Below are positions 36,718 through 50,207 of a stretch of 64,000 nt of DNA, piece by piece; within the stretch, counting starts at the first letter, position 1, and each line of letters begins with the position of its first letter. The notes below the pieces were generated by a model that worked only from the letters and a program-made list of their open reading frames with translations, was not told the DNA's origin and did not search any database. The stretch is taken from contig OZ076409.1 of the NCBI GenBank assembly GCA_964187785.1, positions 63,428,001 through 63,492,000 of the forward strand, written 5' to 3'. The position numbers were made by a program, and so were the translations under genes. Origin of the DNA: Amphiscolops sp. MND2022. Lineage: Eukaryota.

Positions 36718-39700
36718 ATGATCCTTGGTCAGGATGTCTTCCACTGTATCCGCCCATTGGAGTACTTCGAAGCCGACCGTCCGAATACTCCGATAGCCGT
36801 CCGTTTGCCGTTAGGTTGGGTACTGAGTGGTCCACTTCCTTCCACTACGGGTCTTTTCTCGACTTGTTTCAAAGCTGTCAGTAGCTCAGAGAATGATTCG
36901 ATTCTTGCCGATCAACTTCGCAGCTGGTATGACATGGAGTCATTCGGCGCCTACAAACAAGCTGATTCACGCTCCGCAGCCGATGCGCAAGCGATGAAAA
37001 TTCTTGAAGAGACAACATTCAACGATGGATGCCGTTACCAAGTTGGTATGTTGTGGGCCGATGACGAAAGTACGTTACCGAACAACTACGTCTCGGCTCT
37101 CGTTCAACTCAAGTCTTTAGAACGCCGCCTAGGGAAAGATCCTCAACTGAAAGAAAGTTACAGCAAAACAATCAAAAAGGATTTTGAAAAAGGGTATATT
37201 GTTCAAGTCGATAAATCCGAATGCTTTCGAACTGATAACCGTCGTGAATGGTATTTACCACATCACCCCGTGATACATCCTCACAAACCCGGTAAAGTGA
37301 GAAGAGTTCTGAATGGCGCCGCAAAGTTTCACAGTTATTCTCTGAACAATGCTCTTTTAACTGGTCCAGATCTGCTGCAAAGTTTGATCCATATCGTTTT
37401 TAGATTCCGTCAATACCCCAACGCCGTATCCGCCGACATCAAAGGAATGTTCCTACAAGTAGGGGTTATTCTGAAAGACCAGCCGTCTCTTCGCTTTCTG
37501 TGGCGGGAAGACCCATCAACTGAAGTTGCTGTTTTTCAAAACGTAAGGCACATCTTCGGTTCGAAAGACTCACCGACATGCGCAAATTACGCCCTAAAAA
37601 GGACCGCTACAGACAATGTTGAAGATTTTCCGACTGTCGCCTAGAGCGTGCAAACAAACTTCTACATGGACGACTATCTCGAATCTAGTCCGACAGCTGA
37701 AGAAGCCATTCAAAAAGCTAAAGATTTGACAAAATTGCTTTCAATTGGTGGATTTAAGCTAATAAAGTTCATGTCTAACGACTCCAACATCCTGCAACAA
37801 ATCGAACTGAACTCTGACAGCCAAACCAACGATGGTAAACTGTTACTATCAACAGAGGAATCATCACATGTACTTGGCCTCAAATGGAACCATGCCTCAG
37901 ACACACTTGTTGTTAGCCGAGGCACAACTCCTGATACAAACCGAACTGTTACTCAAAGAATTGTCCTCAGCCTCGTCTCCGCAGTTTACGACCCTATTGG
38001 CCTCGTAGCTCCGTACACAGTGAAAGCCCGACTTCTACTCAAAGACATATGGAGACTGAGTGGCCAGAAATGGGATGACATTCTCCCAGATGACATTATA
38101 ACCAAGTTTCTTGACTGGAGTTCTGAATTGGGTACACTTAGCGAACTCAGGACTCCGAGAAGTTATTTCCAACAAAAGGTGGAACGTCTGGAGTTACATA
38201 TGTTTGGGGACAGTTCACAAGATGTTTTCAGTGCAGTAGCTTTCCTCAGAGGCAAAGTCATCAGCGGCGATGACAGTTCTACTGAAATAGCCTTTGTTTT
38301 CGGCAAAGCACGAGTCGCACCAATGAAAGCTTTGACCATTCCTAAACTCAAACTGCAGGCCGCACTGCTTTCCGCTAGATTGAGAAATGAAGTGCAGCGT
38401 GCTTCAACTCTGCAAATCGAGAAGACTTTCATGTGGACCGACAGTACTACGGTGCTTCAGTGGTTACACTCCCTTGAAAATTAGCCTGTATTTGTTGCAA
38501 ACCGCGTTGCGGAAATACTCGAACTAACGACTGCCGACGAATGGTACCATGTTCAATCCGCTGACAACCCTGCGGATGCTGGAACTAGAGGTTTGTCCGC
38601 CAAAGGTCTTTTGCAGAGTAGTTGGTTAAGCGGTCCCAATTTCTTGAAAACAAATGAATGGCCTTTCAAGCCATCCGAAGGCTTCCGACCGAAACTGAAA
38701 CAAACTAAATTGGATCCTACCGATCAACCCAGTACTGAGTCGTATACAATGCTGTCTGAAACCCAAGTTGCAACAGCGAAAACTTTCGAGTGGCAGAAGT
38801 ATGGCTCGTACGAGAAACTCCTGCGCATTGCAGCCTATGTTTTACGGCTTCTGTCGAGAAATAGGGACTACAGGACAAACTCTTGCGTCATCACTGATCC
38901 TACTGAACTTGGAAATTCTGAACAACGTCTTCTCTACCTGACCCAAGCAGAATCATTCCATGCCGAAAAAAGTAACCTGCTGAAGTCAACCCCGCTCAGT
39001 AAATCTTCGAAAATTGTCCGATTCTCCCCCTTTATTGGACCAAACGGTCTTTTACGAGCGTCTGGCCGAACAAGACTACTCGAAACTGCCACATTTGATG
39101 TCAAACACCCCATTCTATTGGATGCCCGTCATCCACTAGTCAGACTTTTCCTAGAACATTTACACTCCCAACATTGCCATCAGGGCGTTGACTATCTGAG
39201 AGCGTTGGTACAGCAGCGATTTGCTGTAGTCAAGCTGAGAGCTGTCCTGAGAACCATTGTTTCGAGATGCCTAACATGCCGTAAACGAAATGCTGAAACA
39301 CTGACTCCAATAATGTCCGACCTACCTCGCGAAAAGCTGGCGTTTAAGGAACCTCCTTTCTCAAACACTGGGATTGATTACTTCGGACCGTTTTTCGTAT
39401 CAGTGAAAAGGTCGACTGAAAAACGGTGGGGCTTCCTTTTTAATTGTCTGACGACTCGCGCCGTTCACTTTGAAGTTGTTCCCAGTATGGATACCAGCAA
39501 TTGCGTGATGGGGATTGAAAGATTTTGTGCCCGCCGTGGAATCCCCATCAGTAATCTGGTCTGACAACGGGACAAACTTCGTTGCCAGCGAGAAAGAGCT
39601 TTTATCCAACATCAAAATTTGGAATCAACAAGTTCTCAGCGAGTCACTTGTTAAGAAAGGGATCAAGTGGAAGTTTAACCCTCCAAGTGCCCCCCCACCA

Positions 39701-40245
39701 CGGAGGTGTTTGGGAACGTCTAATTCGTAGCTTTTTTCTACGCCGTTTTAGGGAACCGCCGTTTGACAGACGAAATCTTGACGACGACGTTTTGCCTGGT
39801 GGAACAATGTCTCAACGCCCGCCCAATCACACCCGTTAGTCCTGAAGCTACTGACATCGACACCCTCACAGCAAATCACTCTCTTCTTGGAACACCTAGT
39901 TCAACATTGCCGTCACACTTCCGCCCCGAAATAGACCATCGAAAGCGATATGTTCGAGCTCAAACGTATTGGGACGCAATTTGGAATCGTTGGCTCAAGG
40001 AGTACGTTCCACACCTCAACTGTCGCTCGAAATGGTTCCAATCGTCAGACCGACATCTGAAAACCGGAGATCTTGTCTGGCTAGTTGAGCCTACCGCACC
40101 AAGAGGACACTATCCACTTGGTCGCGTGGTGAAGTTAAACTACGGCACCGATGCCATCGCCCGTTCAGCTGAAGTCAAGACCTCAACCGGAAACCTTGTT
40201 CGCCCAGTTGTCAAGCTCGCTCCCGTTCTCCCTATTTCCGAGTAA
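36718..40245 (+). pseudogene. BEL/Pao pol (RT, RNase H, integrase) with in-frame stops and frameshifts
   Basis: WYLPHHPV, LNNALLTGPDL, FYMDD, YDPIG, LHMFGDSS, KARVAP, TGIDYFGP and WSDNGTNF. TAG at 37642 and 38482. Frameshifts near 39545 and 39690-39740. Confidence 0.93.
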
Positions 40246-40382
40246 ACAATAAGTAAAAAGTGAACTATTTCATTCATTTCGTCATATTCATTGTTTTTGT
40301 AACAAGTATAACAACTACAAATAAAAAGTTTTTTTTACTATTGAAGTCTTTCATTTGTCTACATCTTCTTGGGCCCGGAGGA

Positions 40383-40665
40383 TGTTGCGTTTGCAATAAG
40401 ATTGAAATTCTTTTATTCAATAATCCTTCGAAAAAACTTCATAAAATCTGAAATACATAGTAAAAAAATATCTTTTTTTGGAAATATCAAAAAGTTAGTT
40501 CTTTGCTATCTCGAAATCATGACTCATATTTGTTCATGTAAATTTCACTTGGTTTCTTTAAAAAGTTGCGGGATTGAATGATTTATTGTTCCCACATATG
40601 TTTTCTTCGAGTTTCATTCATTTGTCTTAATTCAAATACAAACTTTAGTCGCCTAAAGTTTTATA
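40383..40665 (+). repeat. 3' LTR (283 bp, TG...TA)
   Basis: Direct repeat of 31348-31631, followed by the TGTAT TSD. Confidence 0.95.
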
Positions 40666-40670
40666 TGTAT

Positions 40671-41830
40671 TGTAAGCGCTATCCTTTTGTTAATAAATGT
40701 AGCTTACATTATGATAATAACATAAAATAGCAGGAACTTCAGACAGACTAATTATATATAAATAGTCACAACATAAATGGTCTAAAGTCTAGAGTTTGTC
40801 CTATAGGTATGATGCACTCCCCCCACCGCGATTGGACGAGAGTTAGCCAATGGGGGGAGTCGAATCTTTATGGCGGTGTTCCGTCCATAGCTCTTCTGTT
40901 TCATCCGCGGTGGTCCGCGTCAGGTCATTGTGTGTCGTCCGGTGTGTATTTGTTTCCTGGACTGTCCATACAGGGTGCTGGTTGTTTAATAACTCGGGCT
41001 TTCGTCTGATTCGCGATTGTTTTCCTGGTTCGGTTGCTGACTCTCAATCGTTCAGCCTTTTGACGGTATTTCCTGTAATCAGATGGTACCGGATTATTTA
41101 GTCTAAGTATTGCATTTCTTTTTGTTAGGGGCTTTGATCTACGTAAGGTACTTTCTTTGGTATCTTGTTCTCTTTCTGTGTTTAAACTTAGGTTACTCAG
41201 TACTTCTAATTCGGTTGTTTCTGAATTATTTTCAATATCTTCTTTCCAGCGGGTCGAATATTCAGTAAAATTTTGAGTTACCTTACTGTTCTTGTCTTTT
41301 ATGTGTAGCTCCTAGTTTGCCCTTTTGGCGTCCTCAGTGATGCGGTCCATCTCCGTATCTGTCATGTTTTTGGCTGTTATGGTGAGTGGCTACATACTGT
41401 CTTGGTTTTGGTCCGTTTGTATAGGTGAGCCTCCGGGTGAACCAGAGCTTTGTCTGTTCCGGTTTAGCTTCAGCCGTCCTCTTCCAAATACCCCGGTCTT
41501 TTTCTATGTCTGGTCCGTTGTTGTTGGTATTCGGTTGTTGTCCGAGTTGTCCGAGTTGTCCGATTCTGGATATTTGTGTAGCTTGGGTGATTTAGTGAAC
41601 CGGCCGTCTGGTCCTCGGGGCCCAGTTCCTCTGTTGTTCTACTCCTGTACAAAATCAGAAATGGGTTTACTGATATGTTGTGTTGTGTGTGTATGACTCT
41701 ATTTTTGGAAGTTGTTTAGTGTCCGATATTGCTACTTGTAGTTTATCGGAATATGCACTATTAAACTAAGGTTTTGCTATCTTTTTCTCAAGGAATGTAA
41801 ATGGGTAGTTACTGTCAATCCTAAAACAAT
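40671..41830 (-). mobile_element. Probable 3' remnant of a minus-strand Gypsy-like element whose LTR is interrupted by the BEL insertion
   Basis: Minus-strand PPT ggggggag followed by TGCATC at 40816. Low-complexity post-integrase-like sequence upstream. The LTR would resume at 31347 and end near 31299. Confidence 0.45.
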
Positions 41831-42965
41831 TTAATGTATCTCAGAATAAATTTCTGCGCGTGAGGAAGAGCAACGAAATTTTACACGAACAAAATGCATT
41901 TTGTGACATACGTCACACATTGGAATAGCATAACCGTCAATTAACCCTTTGACATATATACCTGCTAGTTTTGTTCTATTTTTATTCCTCAGTTATAGCA
42001 TCATTAACATTAAAACGAGTTTGTGAACAGAATACAATTTTGAGCAGCAATTCTTATTCTCTGTCATATAAATAGATACAACATGGCACAGTCAGCATAG
42101 TCGATGTCCTCACTCAAACGTGGTAGAAGTTCATCGAACGATGGAGCGCACGAATCCAATACAATTTCGACAATTGCCGCTCTTCGGAAAAAAAAAACAA
42201 AATATGGTGGAGACGTTTCATACAATCCATTAACTTGACACAGTATATCGATTTGAATACCATGACAACCCACATCGAGAATTTTGAGAAAGACAGAGAG
42301 AATTTTGGAAAATCGGATCATGGGCACTGTGCAAAGATGCAGTAACGGAGATGTCAAAAACCGTCAGAGTTAATGATCCGAATCAGATCGATGTTACCCA
42401 ATTTTAGTCACTATTCCGGTTGAATATCAAAACCGGAAAACAATGAGTTCCACTTCGATAAAAGAAAACTGCGAGTTCGAGATTGTAACACTCGCTGATT
42501 TAATTGCATCAAAGTTCGTATCGCCCTGAAATCAACTGAATTAAACAGTGAAAGAATGCTTAGAAACATGAAAAGTGGAACGCTTTTCGAAGTAAACGTA
42601 AATTACATTACCGATAAAAATTTGAATTTCTCCTTAAAAGCGTCATGCTGATTTCAACCAATTTTGAACCTTTGCAACAAGAAACGTCAGACTAAATCCT
42701 TTTTTTTCTGTTTTTGTCAGACTACATGTGAATAAAAAAAATTCACTAGTTTGGGTTTTTTGTTTTCATATGCGATTCCAAACTTCCGATTCTGCATGAG
42801 AATTGCATCAATTCAATCAACATGAAACAAAACCAGTGTCATGTTTCCCCTAAGTGTAATGTCGGACTCATTTCTATCTGTAGAAGATGACAACAGAAAA
42901 CACGACCAATGCCAAAGGACTACTGTTTGAAAATTTTTGCTAATTAAAAAATTGTTTCAATTTTT

Positions 42966-44133
42966 AAAAGTCGGAAAAAATTTTCGACTACTTATGCAAT
43001 CGTGTCGTTTTTTTTTCTTCCGACCTTTTCATGAAAATTTCAAATTTCTCAAAAACTGTCCATACGACTTTCATAAAATTTTGCACAGTCATTCTACACC
43101 CAAAGGGGCCCCTGCGTGCGCAAAGGCATCAAAATCGTATGACTGGAATGTCAGAAACATAGCCAAAATTAGCCCAAAAATGGCCAAAATTAGCCCAAAA
43201 AAAGCCATTTTTCGACTTTTTTCGATTTTCTCAAAAACTGTCCATACGATTCGAACGAAATTTTCTACAGTCATTCTACACCATATTAGAGTCCTGTAGG
43301 TGCAATGGCATCAAAATCATATGGCTGGGATGTGAGAAACATAGCCAAAATTAGCCCGAAAATGGCCAAAAAACAGTCATTTTTCATTTTTTTTTCGATT
43401 TTCTCAAAAACTGTCCATACGATTCGAACGAAATTTTCTATAGTCATTCTACACCATTTTATGGTCCTTTATGTGCAACTTCATTATATTCGTATGGCTT
43501 CTATGTCACAAACATAGCCAAAATTATCCCAAAAATGGCCAAAAAACAACCATTTTTCGACTTTTTTGATTTTTGCAAAAACTGTCCATACGATTCGAAC
43601 GAAAATTTCTAGTCAGTTTCTACACCATAGTGTGGTCTATGTGTGCAATTTCAATAAATTCGTATAACTGGGATTGGAGCGAGGCAGAAGGAAAAAGATC
43701 TAAGCCGACTCCTAAGGGGAGCATGGCGCAGTGTTTAGAGCATTCGGCCTGTACTGGGGCGGTATCAGGTTCGAATCTCTCTCAACTCACCATTGTTGGT
43801 CCTTAAGCAAGTCCTTCATCCCTAGCTTAGTGGTATGGTCAATGACAAAAAATAACGCATTTGGCGGAGAAAAGCAAAACAAAAAGAGCAACGGTGAGCA
43901 GTCAGACCTTTGTGACCTTGAGCAAGTTACTTTGAAACCACAGCTTCAAGTCCACCATTACTTGAGCACTTGGCTGCAAATATGGTACCATAGCTTGCTA
44001 TGGGGAGATAGCATCCGAAAGGGCGCCGACATAGAAAAGCAGAACTGCTTATTCGGCGTCCACCCCGCGGTAATGGGGAAATTAACTTCTCTCTTCTAAG
44101 CCGACTCCTTTACCGCAAATGCGGCTCTGGTTA
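42966..44133 (+). mobile_element. HINE family B element with internal ~170-bp tandem repeats, interrupted by a SINE
   Basis: 5' aagtcgg...ttcgact and 3' ccgactcct-ttaCCGCAaaTGCGG-ctctggtt stem-loop. Repeated aaaaactgtccatacgattcgaacgaaattttcta units. Confidence 0.75.
43714..44094 (+). mobile_element. tRNA-derived SINE with a perfect 15-bp TSD
   Basis: TSD tctaagccgactcct at 43699-43713 and 44095-44109. A-box tggcgcagtgt, B-box ggttcgaatc, CORE-like tgtgaccttgagcaagttactt at 43911. Confidence 0.92.
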
Positions 44134-44202
44134 TTAGATGCAATCTTTACTAGTCAGATCCAATCTGCAATTCCAGGGAAACCGTTCGAGTGAAGGAAGT
44201 GT

Positions 44203-44304
44203 TGAGACATTTCGTATGAGTTTTATTTTTGTGACTAATTTTCTTGATACAATATAATTTTTTAAGAATACTCAGGAGAAACAAAACTCATACGAGATGT
44301 CTCG
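44203..44304. repeat. Small inverted-repeat element (about 21-bp arms)
   Basis: gagacatttcgtatgagtttt ... aaaactcatacgagatgtctc. Confidence 0.75.
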
Positions 44305-44533
44305 AACTGCTTTCCCCAACTAATTAGTTGGATGTGAAATAGATTGGTTGGCAAAATTTGCAAACAAAAATTGAGGTTATTATTTAATCAGCAAAATGTT
44401 TCAATTGGCGATGGTTTTTGAATTGGTAGCTTCCTTTGTTTTGTCATCTTCTACAGATTGAAATGACTTTACACCACAAATATAGGGGAAAACTACACCT
44501 CTACTGTTCCTCTTTCTTTGAGGGAGCAATTTA

Positions 44534-45043
44534 CCGTATATTCAGGCGTAAAAGCCCCTTTTTGAATTTTTGGTGGTCAAAAGTTTGGGGAGGGGGCTTA
44601 TACGACGAACATGAAACGAAGATCGTTTTTCAGAATCAAAACTTTGGCATTCACCCATATGATGACGAGTTGGATGTCGTTGCAGTTGATTTTTTTTTCG
44701 AAAAAGCCAGAAGAAATGACAGAAGAAAACCTTTCAGAGCCAGAAGAAATGACAGTTGATGACTCCAATTTTGACTCCGATTCTAGTCCCTGAGAATTTA
44801 AAACTGAATTAATTCCTCGAAAATTCATACAATTTACACTTATTAAACTTTTTACTTAGGGGGGGGGGGGGCTTATATGACGAACATACCGTAAATCAAC
44901 AAAACAATTTCCCTTTCAAAATTGGGGAGGGGGGAGCTTATGCGGAGGGGGGCTTATGCGGAGGGGGGCTTATGCGGAGGGGGGCTTATGCGGAGGGGGG
45001 CTTATGCGGAGGGGGGCTTATACGCCGGAATATACATGTACGG
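44534..45043. mobile_element. Tc1/mariner-pogo-like MITE with TA flanks and an internal 16-bp x5 G-rich minisatellite (44937-45016)
   Basis: ta|CCGTATATTCAGGCGTAAAAGCCCC ... GGGGCTTATACGCCGGAATATAcatgtaCGG|ta. Repeat unit cttatgcggagggggg. Confidence 0.8.
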
Positions 45044-48000
45044 TAATGAAACTTTAGTGTGATGTTTCTAACAAGTGACCAATACTAAGACCGCGTAAGA
45101 GCTCCAGGTAAATTGAAAAATGGTTTTCAGACGCTCTCAGAGTAAGGCCTAAACATGAGACACTAGCGATCTTGGAGCGCGTTCCTTCTATTTCGGGCAA
45201 CGTTTAACTGATAAGTTTTGGTCCACATTTTTGGCATTATTCGGATTGCAAACTTGTCGTGTGTTTCCAATCCCAAGATAATCAATCACGCGTTGGCAAA
45301 ATGAACTAATGTTTGCAGTAATAGCAACTTGCAAACAAATACGTCTTACAAACATTTTTTAAAATACCTAGAATTCGAGTTTTATTAGTTTTTCATTTGA
45401 ACTCTTCTCCGATGTTCAAAAGCAAACATTTTCAAATTAGATAATTCTGGAAATCCCAACTGCGTTTTTATAATATTCTAAAGAAGTGCACTCGGTCTCT
45501 GTTGAATGTTAAAGATTAGTTGCATTCAAATATTACCGCTATCATCTCGATTTTCATTTCATGCTCAATTAATTCTACACATTCTGAGACGTTTTTTGTT
45601 CGCTTCATTGTTGAGAACAGTATCACTTTGTTTTAACCAAATTCGAGCTATATGATTAGTAGATACTCTTTCCCGCACCGCTTTTGAATTTAATATATTT
45701 ACACATAAAAGTTGGAAAAAGGAAGCGTGTGGAAAATTGTGTCAGATATTAAAATTTCCTGAATCAGAAACTTTCATTTACTCTTTCATCTTGAACTAAA
45801 GCTGTAATGCTGAAAAAAACATTTCACAGGAATTGAAATTCAAGCTTTTTTGCAGTTTTCAACAAACACACGACAATGATTGCAATTATCGAAAAAGTCT
45901 ACCAATGCCGGATACTCAAAGAAAACTTCGCGGGCTATTTGAGTTTCACAGAGTTACAAAAGGCAATTGGAAAGTGAGGCAGAAATAAAGTTGGCATTAA
46001 ACTTCCGGGGAATAGTCTCATTCTTTCGTCCTTTTTAGTCTGAACTTTGGCCGTGTTTTTGAATTGTCCGACAAACTGCCGGGGTATAAAATGAATTTAA
46101 CAGCCTTTGTGGGTACGGTTCTTGAATACTGTCTGCAAAGCAAAGCGGATGATATATCGAAATATATCGGAAATATATCGAAATTAATTTTTGGAAATAG
46201 GGGAAGCTAAATTTAAACGTTTTACAATTATTCACAAAAAATATTATTCAGAATCATTCACAAAAAAAATTAAAATAATCTATTTTTGTTAATTATTCAG
46301 AATTATTCACAAAAAAAGAATTAAAATAATCAATTTTTGTTAATTTTTCTCATCCTTGATTTTTGCCCGCTCATTATCGGATATTACTTGTGCTGGTTCC
46401 TAGTGATCGTCGGTATCTCGCTCGATTTTCTTTTTTATAATCTGGAAATTCGCTTGATAACACTCCGGTGTTCTTCCTTGTGAAAACAGCCTTTTAAAAG
46501 ACAATTTACGATTGATCTTTAGACCATGTATAGTAAACATTTGTTAAACCGGCCGGGGCATGACTTGAAAGTTCGATCGCAAATAATTGTGGAGCATTCC
46601 GATAATGTTTCAGCTTTTTGGTCGGTTGCAAAACCTGCAACCCTGTGCTTTTCTCATGTTTCACCAAAAGTTTTGATGTTTTTTCTATCTGCTTGCAATG
46701 ATATGATGAAACGTCTGGGATCGCTCGGAGTTTTTGGCAAAATGTCAAAACGGGTGCGGGAAAAAGTACTTTTGACTGACTGAACCGGGCGGCACAGCAG
46801 AGGCATTTTTCGCAGAAACATCGTACCTTGTCTGGACTGTTTTTGTACGATCTTTTCGGATGACGTTTTCCAGTTTTTGCATAATGTTTGGCATTCTTCC
46901 TGTCTTGTTTCCACAGGAACATAACTGTGCAATTTAGTCGGAAATTTGTTTTATACACGCAAAGGTTGGAAATACTGTTATTGTGGCCTCACGTCGTGAT
47001 GGGCAACAGACACCAGGTACTGGAGTTTTTTGTACTTAACTCGTACGAATAATTGTGGAGGGAGTCGTTTCTCCCATTTGTTGCTGAAACAAAACTTTTT
47101 TGAACTCATTTGTCTTTAAATTTAAGTCAAACCATATTCCTAATTTTCAATGGTCTAAGAATTGATGTCGCCATTGTTTTAAAATTCACTTGAACACAAA
47201 ATGGTGTCGCCAGAGTTTTAAATTTTATGTTTAGTTTTTATTTGGAGTCGTTTTCCAAATATGATTTGTCGAAGTGATGTCGCCATAGTTTTGAGTTTCA
47301 ATTTGAACTTTATTGAGAGTCCTGTTTTTCTTGTAAAATTTTTGCTGGAAAACTCTCGGTGAACGAAACACTTCTACTGTTTGTGATCATTTCCTTATTT
47401 TCTGCTCTTTGGGATTTCGGCTGTTTGGGAAATTCCTTCCTAATGTAACACTTGGTAAAATCAACTACATCTAAGAATACTTAACTGATACAAAACAATA
47501 TTTGCATCAGCGAACATTAAGAGGAATGATGTAGCTTCTGATGCCCTCCTACCGGAGTGAACGTCTGTTCAATGTGTGAGTACTCCTGGGCAGCTTAGTG
47601 TGCTATCCCGGAGTTTTGTCATACAAATTTGTCGCAGGCGGCAGCATGCCACAGTTTAACGCATGGGCGTGAGATGATTTTAGTCCTAAGATGTGTTTCG
47701 GTGGCTCAATGTTAGTAAACTGTCCCTATAGGCTTCATTGTTCCAGTGCTAAAAAGTTTTGCTTCAACCATTCAGATTTTGTTTTTAATGTTTCTCTGCA
47801 ATTTTATAGATACTAATACATTCATATATACAGATGTACGCCAATTGTGAGTGTTCCTGTTCATTCAAAAATATTGGAAAAAAATCCAAAAATTGTCAAA
47901 CTCATTTTTTCAAGCCTTACAGTTCCTATTTAAAAAAATTGAAAGCAGAAGGTTTTTATTGCATTTTTTACAACTTTGTTTCAAGAACGCTGAGCCAGTT

Positions 48001-49280
48001 TCTGTGATTTTTTGAAGACGTCAACGCAACTTTTTTGTAAATTAGAGTCATTCACAAGTTTGGCATATTCATAGTGTTTCTAAAACACCATCTCTAAACG
48101 GCTAATTCCCAATGCTAGCGAACTATTGTCCTGAAGGGACAAAATGAAATTAAAGTGGCTGAAAGTTTAAGTATTTCGTTTTGTTTCGAAGCCAATAGTA
48201 CATCAGGATAGAACTTATCAAAAATAAGCAAAATTGACCTGATTCAATCAACACATGATAGGCGTTTGATTAAAACATGAAGGAAATCGCGTGGAAATTG
48301 AGGCAAACGGTATCAAATGTCACCGATAGGCAGTTAAAATTAACTACTTTCGAACAAGTACCACATGTTCGGCGTATTAGCCGCCGGCGTATAAGACCCT
48401 CGCGATATAAGTCCTTAAGATCCTTGAGTTCGAGCAGCAAACCCCAATTTCCCAAATTTCAGCAAAGTTTCCCAAACTTTCCCAATGTTTCAACAGTGAG
48501 TGAATTATATGAAAATCGTTTGGCAGTAGAAGTCAGAATTAAAGTTTCATCTTCCGAATCCTCAACAATATAATCAACCGCAGCATCATCGTAAGGGTGA
48601 ACCGGAAATCCTGTTCTGGTTGATTTGGACGTTATCTCAGCTATTCAACATTCACATGTAACTTAATTTCTAGCTTGCTTTTTAGACAGGTCATCCTGTA
48701 ATCTCCCTCCCCCAATCTAGCCCTTACTCAAAAATCGCAACGGGATTTGTACGCCGAACATTACGGCATTTCAGTATAATACAAATGAACCAAAGCTTTC
48801 GATAGTCAAAGGCATATTAATTTTCGACCATCCCCTTTCTCGGAAATAAAATGCTAAAAACGGCTCAACTTAAGGTCTCTTGAAACATGCTTAAAATCAT
48901 TTGTTGTTGAAAGCCATAACTGAAACCGATTTGCTCCGGAAAATTTTCGGCATTTTGATCTCGAAAATGAACTAATCTAATCCTTAGGAAGAAACCCTCG
49001 GTTGTAAAAGCATCGGCCATTTTGTGGCCATTTATAATTCTTATTGAAAATAGGAATTTATTCAATTTTTGGTTTTAAGGATATTTATTTGCAAGGCGAA
49101 ACCTAACTTCTGTGCTTTGGAAAAAACTTCAGTGAAACAATTTCAATTTTATATTCAATTTTATTTTATCAAGGTGAGGTCTTTTGAAGCCAGCCTGCTT
49201 CAAACTTTAAGGGCTCGGGGAAGAAACCATTGCGAGTAAGCCAAATGGCCATGTGGCAACCAGTCAAAAGCCAGGGCGCT

Positions 49281-49476
49281 TCAACCCCTCCATCGACCCC
49301 ATCGACCTCTACCCCTGCCCCATCTTCTGCCGCCCCATCTTCGGCCACCCCAGCCCCAAGGTCTTCCTCCCCAGTAGGGTCTGTATCCTCCGTAATATGC
49401 AGGTCTATAGTACGAAGAGTAGCCGTACGGGTGCACGTATGGGTAAGGGTACGGGTTGTAGCTCCCTATGTAATAC
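49281..49476 (-). CDS. Secreted Tyr/Gly/Arg/Trp-rich peptide, exon 2
   Basis: Acceptor cttgtcctgtttcag| (phase 2). YYIGSYNPYPYPYVHPYGYSSYYRPAYYGGYRPYWGGRPWGWGGRRWGGRRWGRGRGRWGRWRG*. AATAAA at 49165-49160. Confidence 0.88.
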
Positions 49477-50207
49477 CTGAAACAGGACAAGTTTCAAAAA
49501 CAAGACAGTTTCATGTTCATGTTTTTCAAGGTCGTTTGACGTTAAAATCAACGCAAATAGTTGTTCAAATACTTTGCTTGGGTTGAAGATTGCAATCATT
49601 AAGCAATTACGCAATTTGATAGTTTTTAAGCAATGTATTGAATCGTTTTCCCTGGGATTGTGCCGTCTCGATGCGCAGAGTTCAGATGTTTGGTAGATTT
49701 AGTTTTGAATTCTGACCTCAGAATTTGTGGCATCCAAGCTGGCCTTAATAGTTGTACTAATTTTGAAATTTGTTTACATAGATGGTACGAATTGCATTGC
49801 TGCGACATGCATTGACGATTAACCCAAAAAATAAGTTCATATTCATAGCTTCTAAGACGTCGCGAAGACGTCCGGTCTGTTTAGGATCGAAATTTCATTC
49901 AATTTGTCAGAAATCCTGAAATAGAAAATAGACAAAACTAATTTTGAAAGTGATTTTTAGATGTGACAACTGAAGTGGTGACCCATAGAGAAAACTGGAA
50001 GAGCAACGATGCGATATGATTCAATGTTTCCTATAAAAACAAACTTAAAAATTCGAACCATTTGAAAAATTTAAATGTCGTAAAAACTAATCATAAACTG
50101 TCAAGTCAAATTTGGTAAAAGTTAGCTGAATTGGATTAACTTTATATCTTTTTTAACTCACCTTGCTTAGTCATAAAAACTCAAGGTATTAACTGGAGCA
50201 TATTAAC

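Larger units (their letters stand above)
31348..40665 (+). mobile_element. Full-length young BEL/Pao LTR retrotransposon (9.3 kb) with an extra ORF upstream of gag
   Basis: Near-identical LTRs, TGTAT TSD at 31343-31347 and 40666-40670, PBS tggtggcc at 31632, PPT-like gggcccggagga, and gag-PR-RT-RH-IN order. Confidence 0.97.

Noticed and set aside
42937..43806. Repeated ORFs in the ORF track (FSKTVHTIRTKFS)
   Set aside because: Translations of non-coding tandem repeats inside a HINE. The same applies to the KGGPF/GDPL ORFs in HINE-A copies.
46506..47080. Possible transposase remnant (minus-strand ORFs)
   Set aside because: Looks like decayed coding sequence, but I recognise no diagnostic motif.
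49230..49586. Plus-strand Ser/Pro-rich ORF
   Set aside because: Antisense shadow of the Gly/Arg/Trp-rich exon.
50161..50175. ATGACTAAGCAAG|GTGAGT as first exon of the peptide gene
   Set aside because: Phase 1 gives MTKQGIT* on joining exon 2. The upstream signal-peptide exon fits in phase 2.
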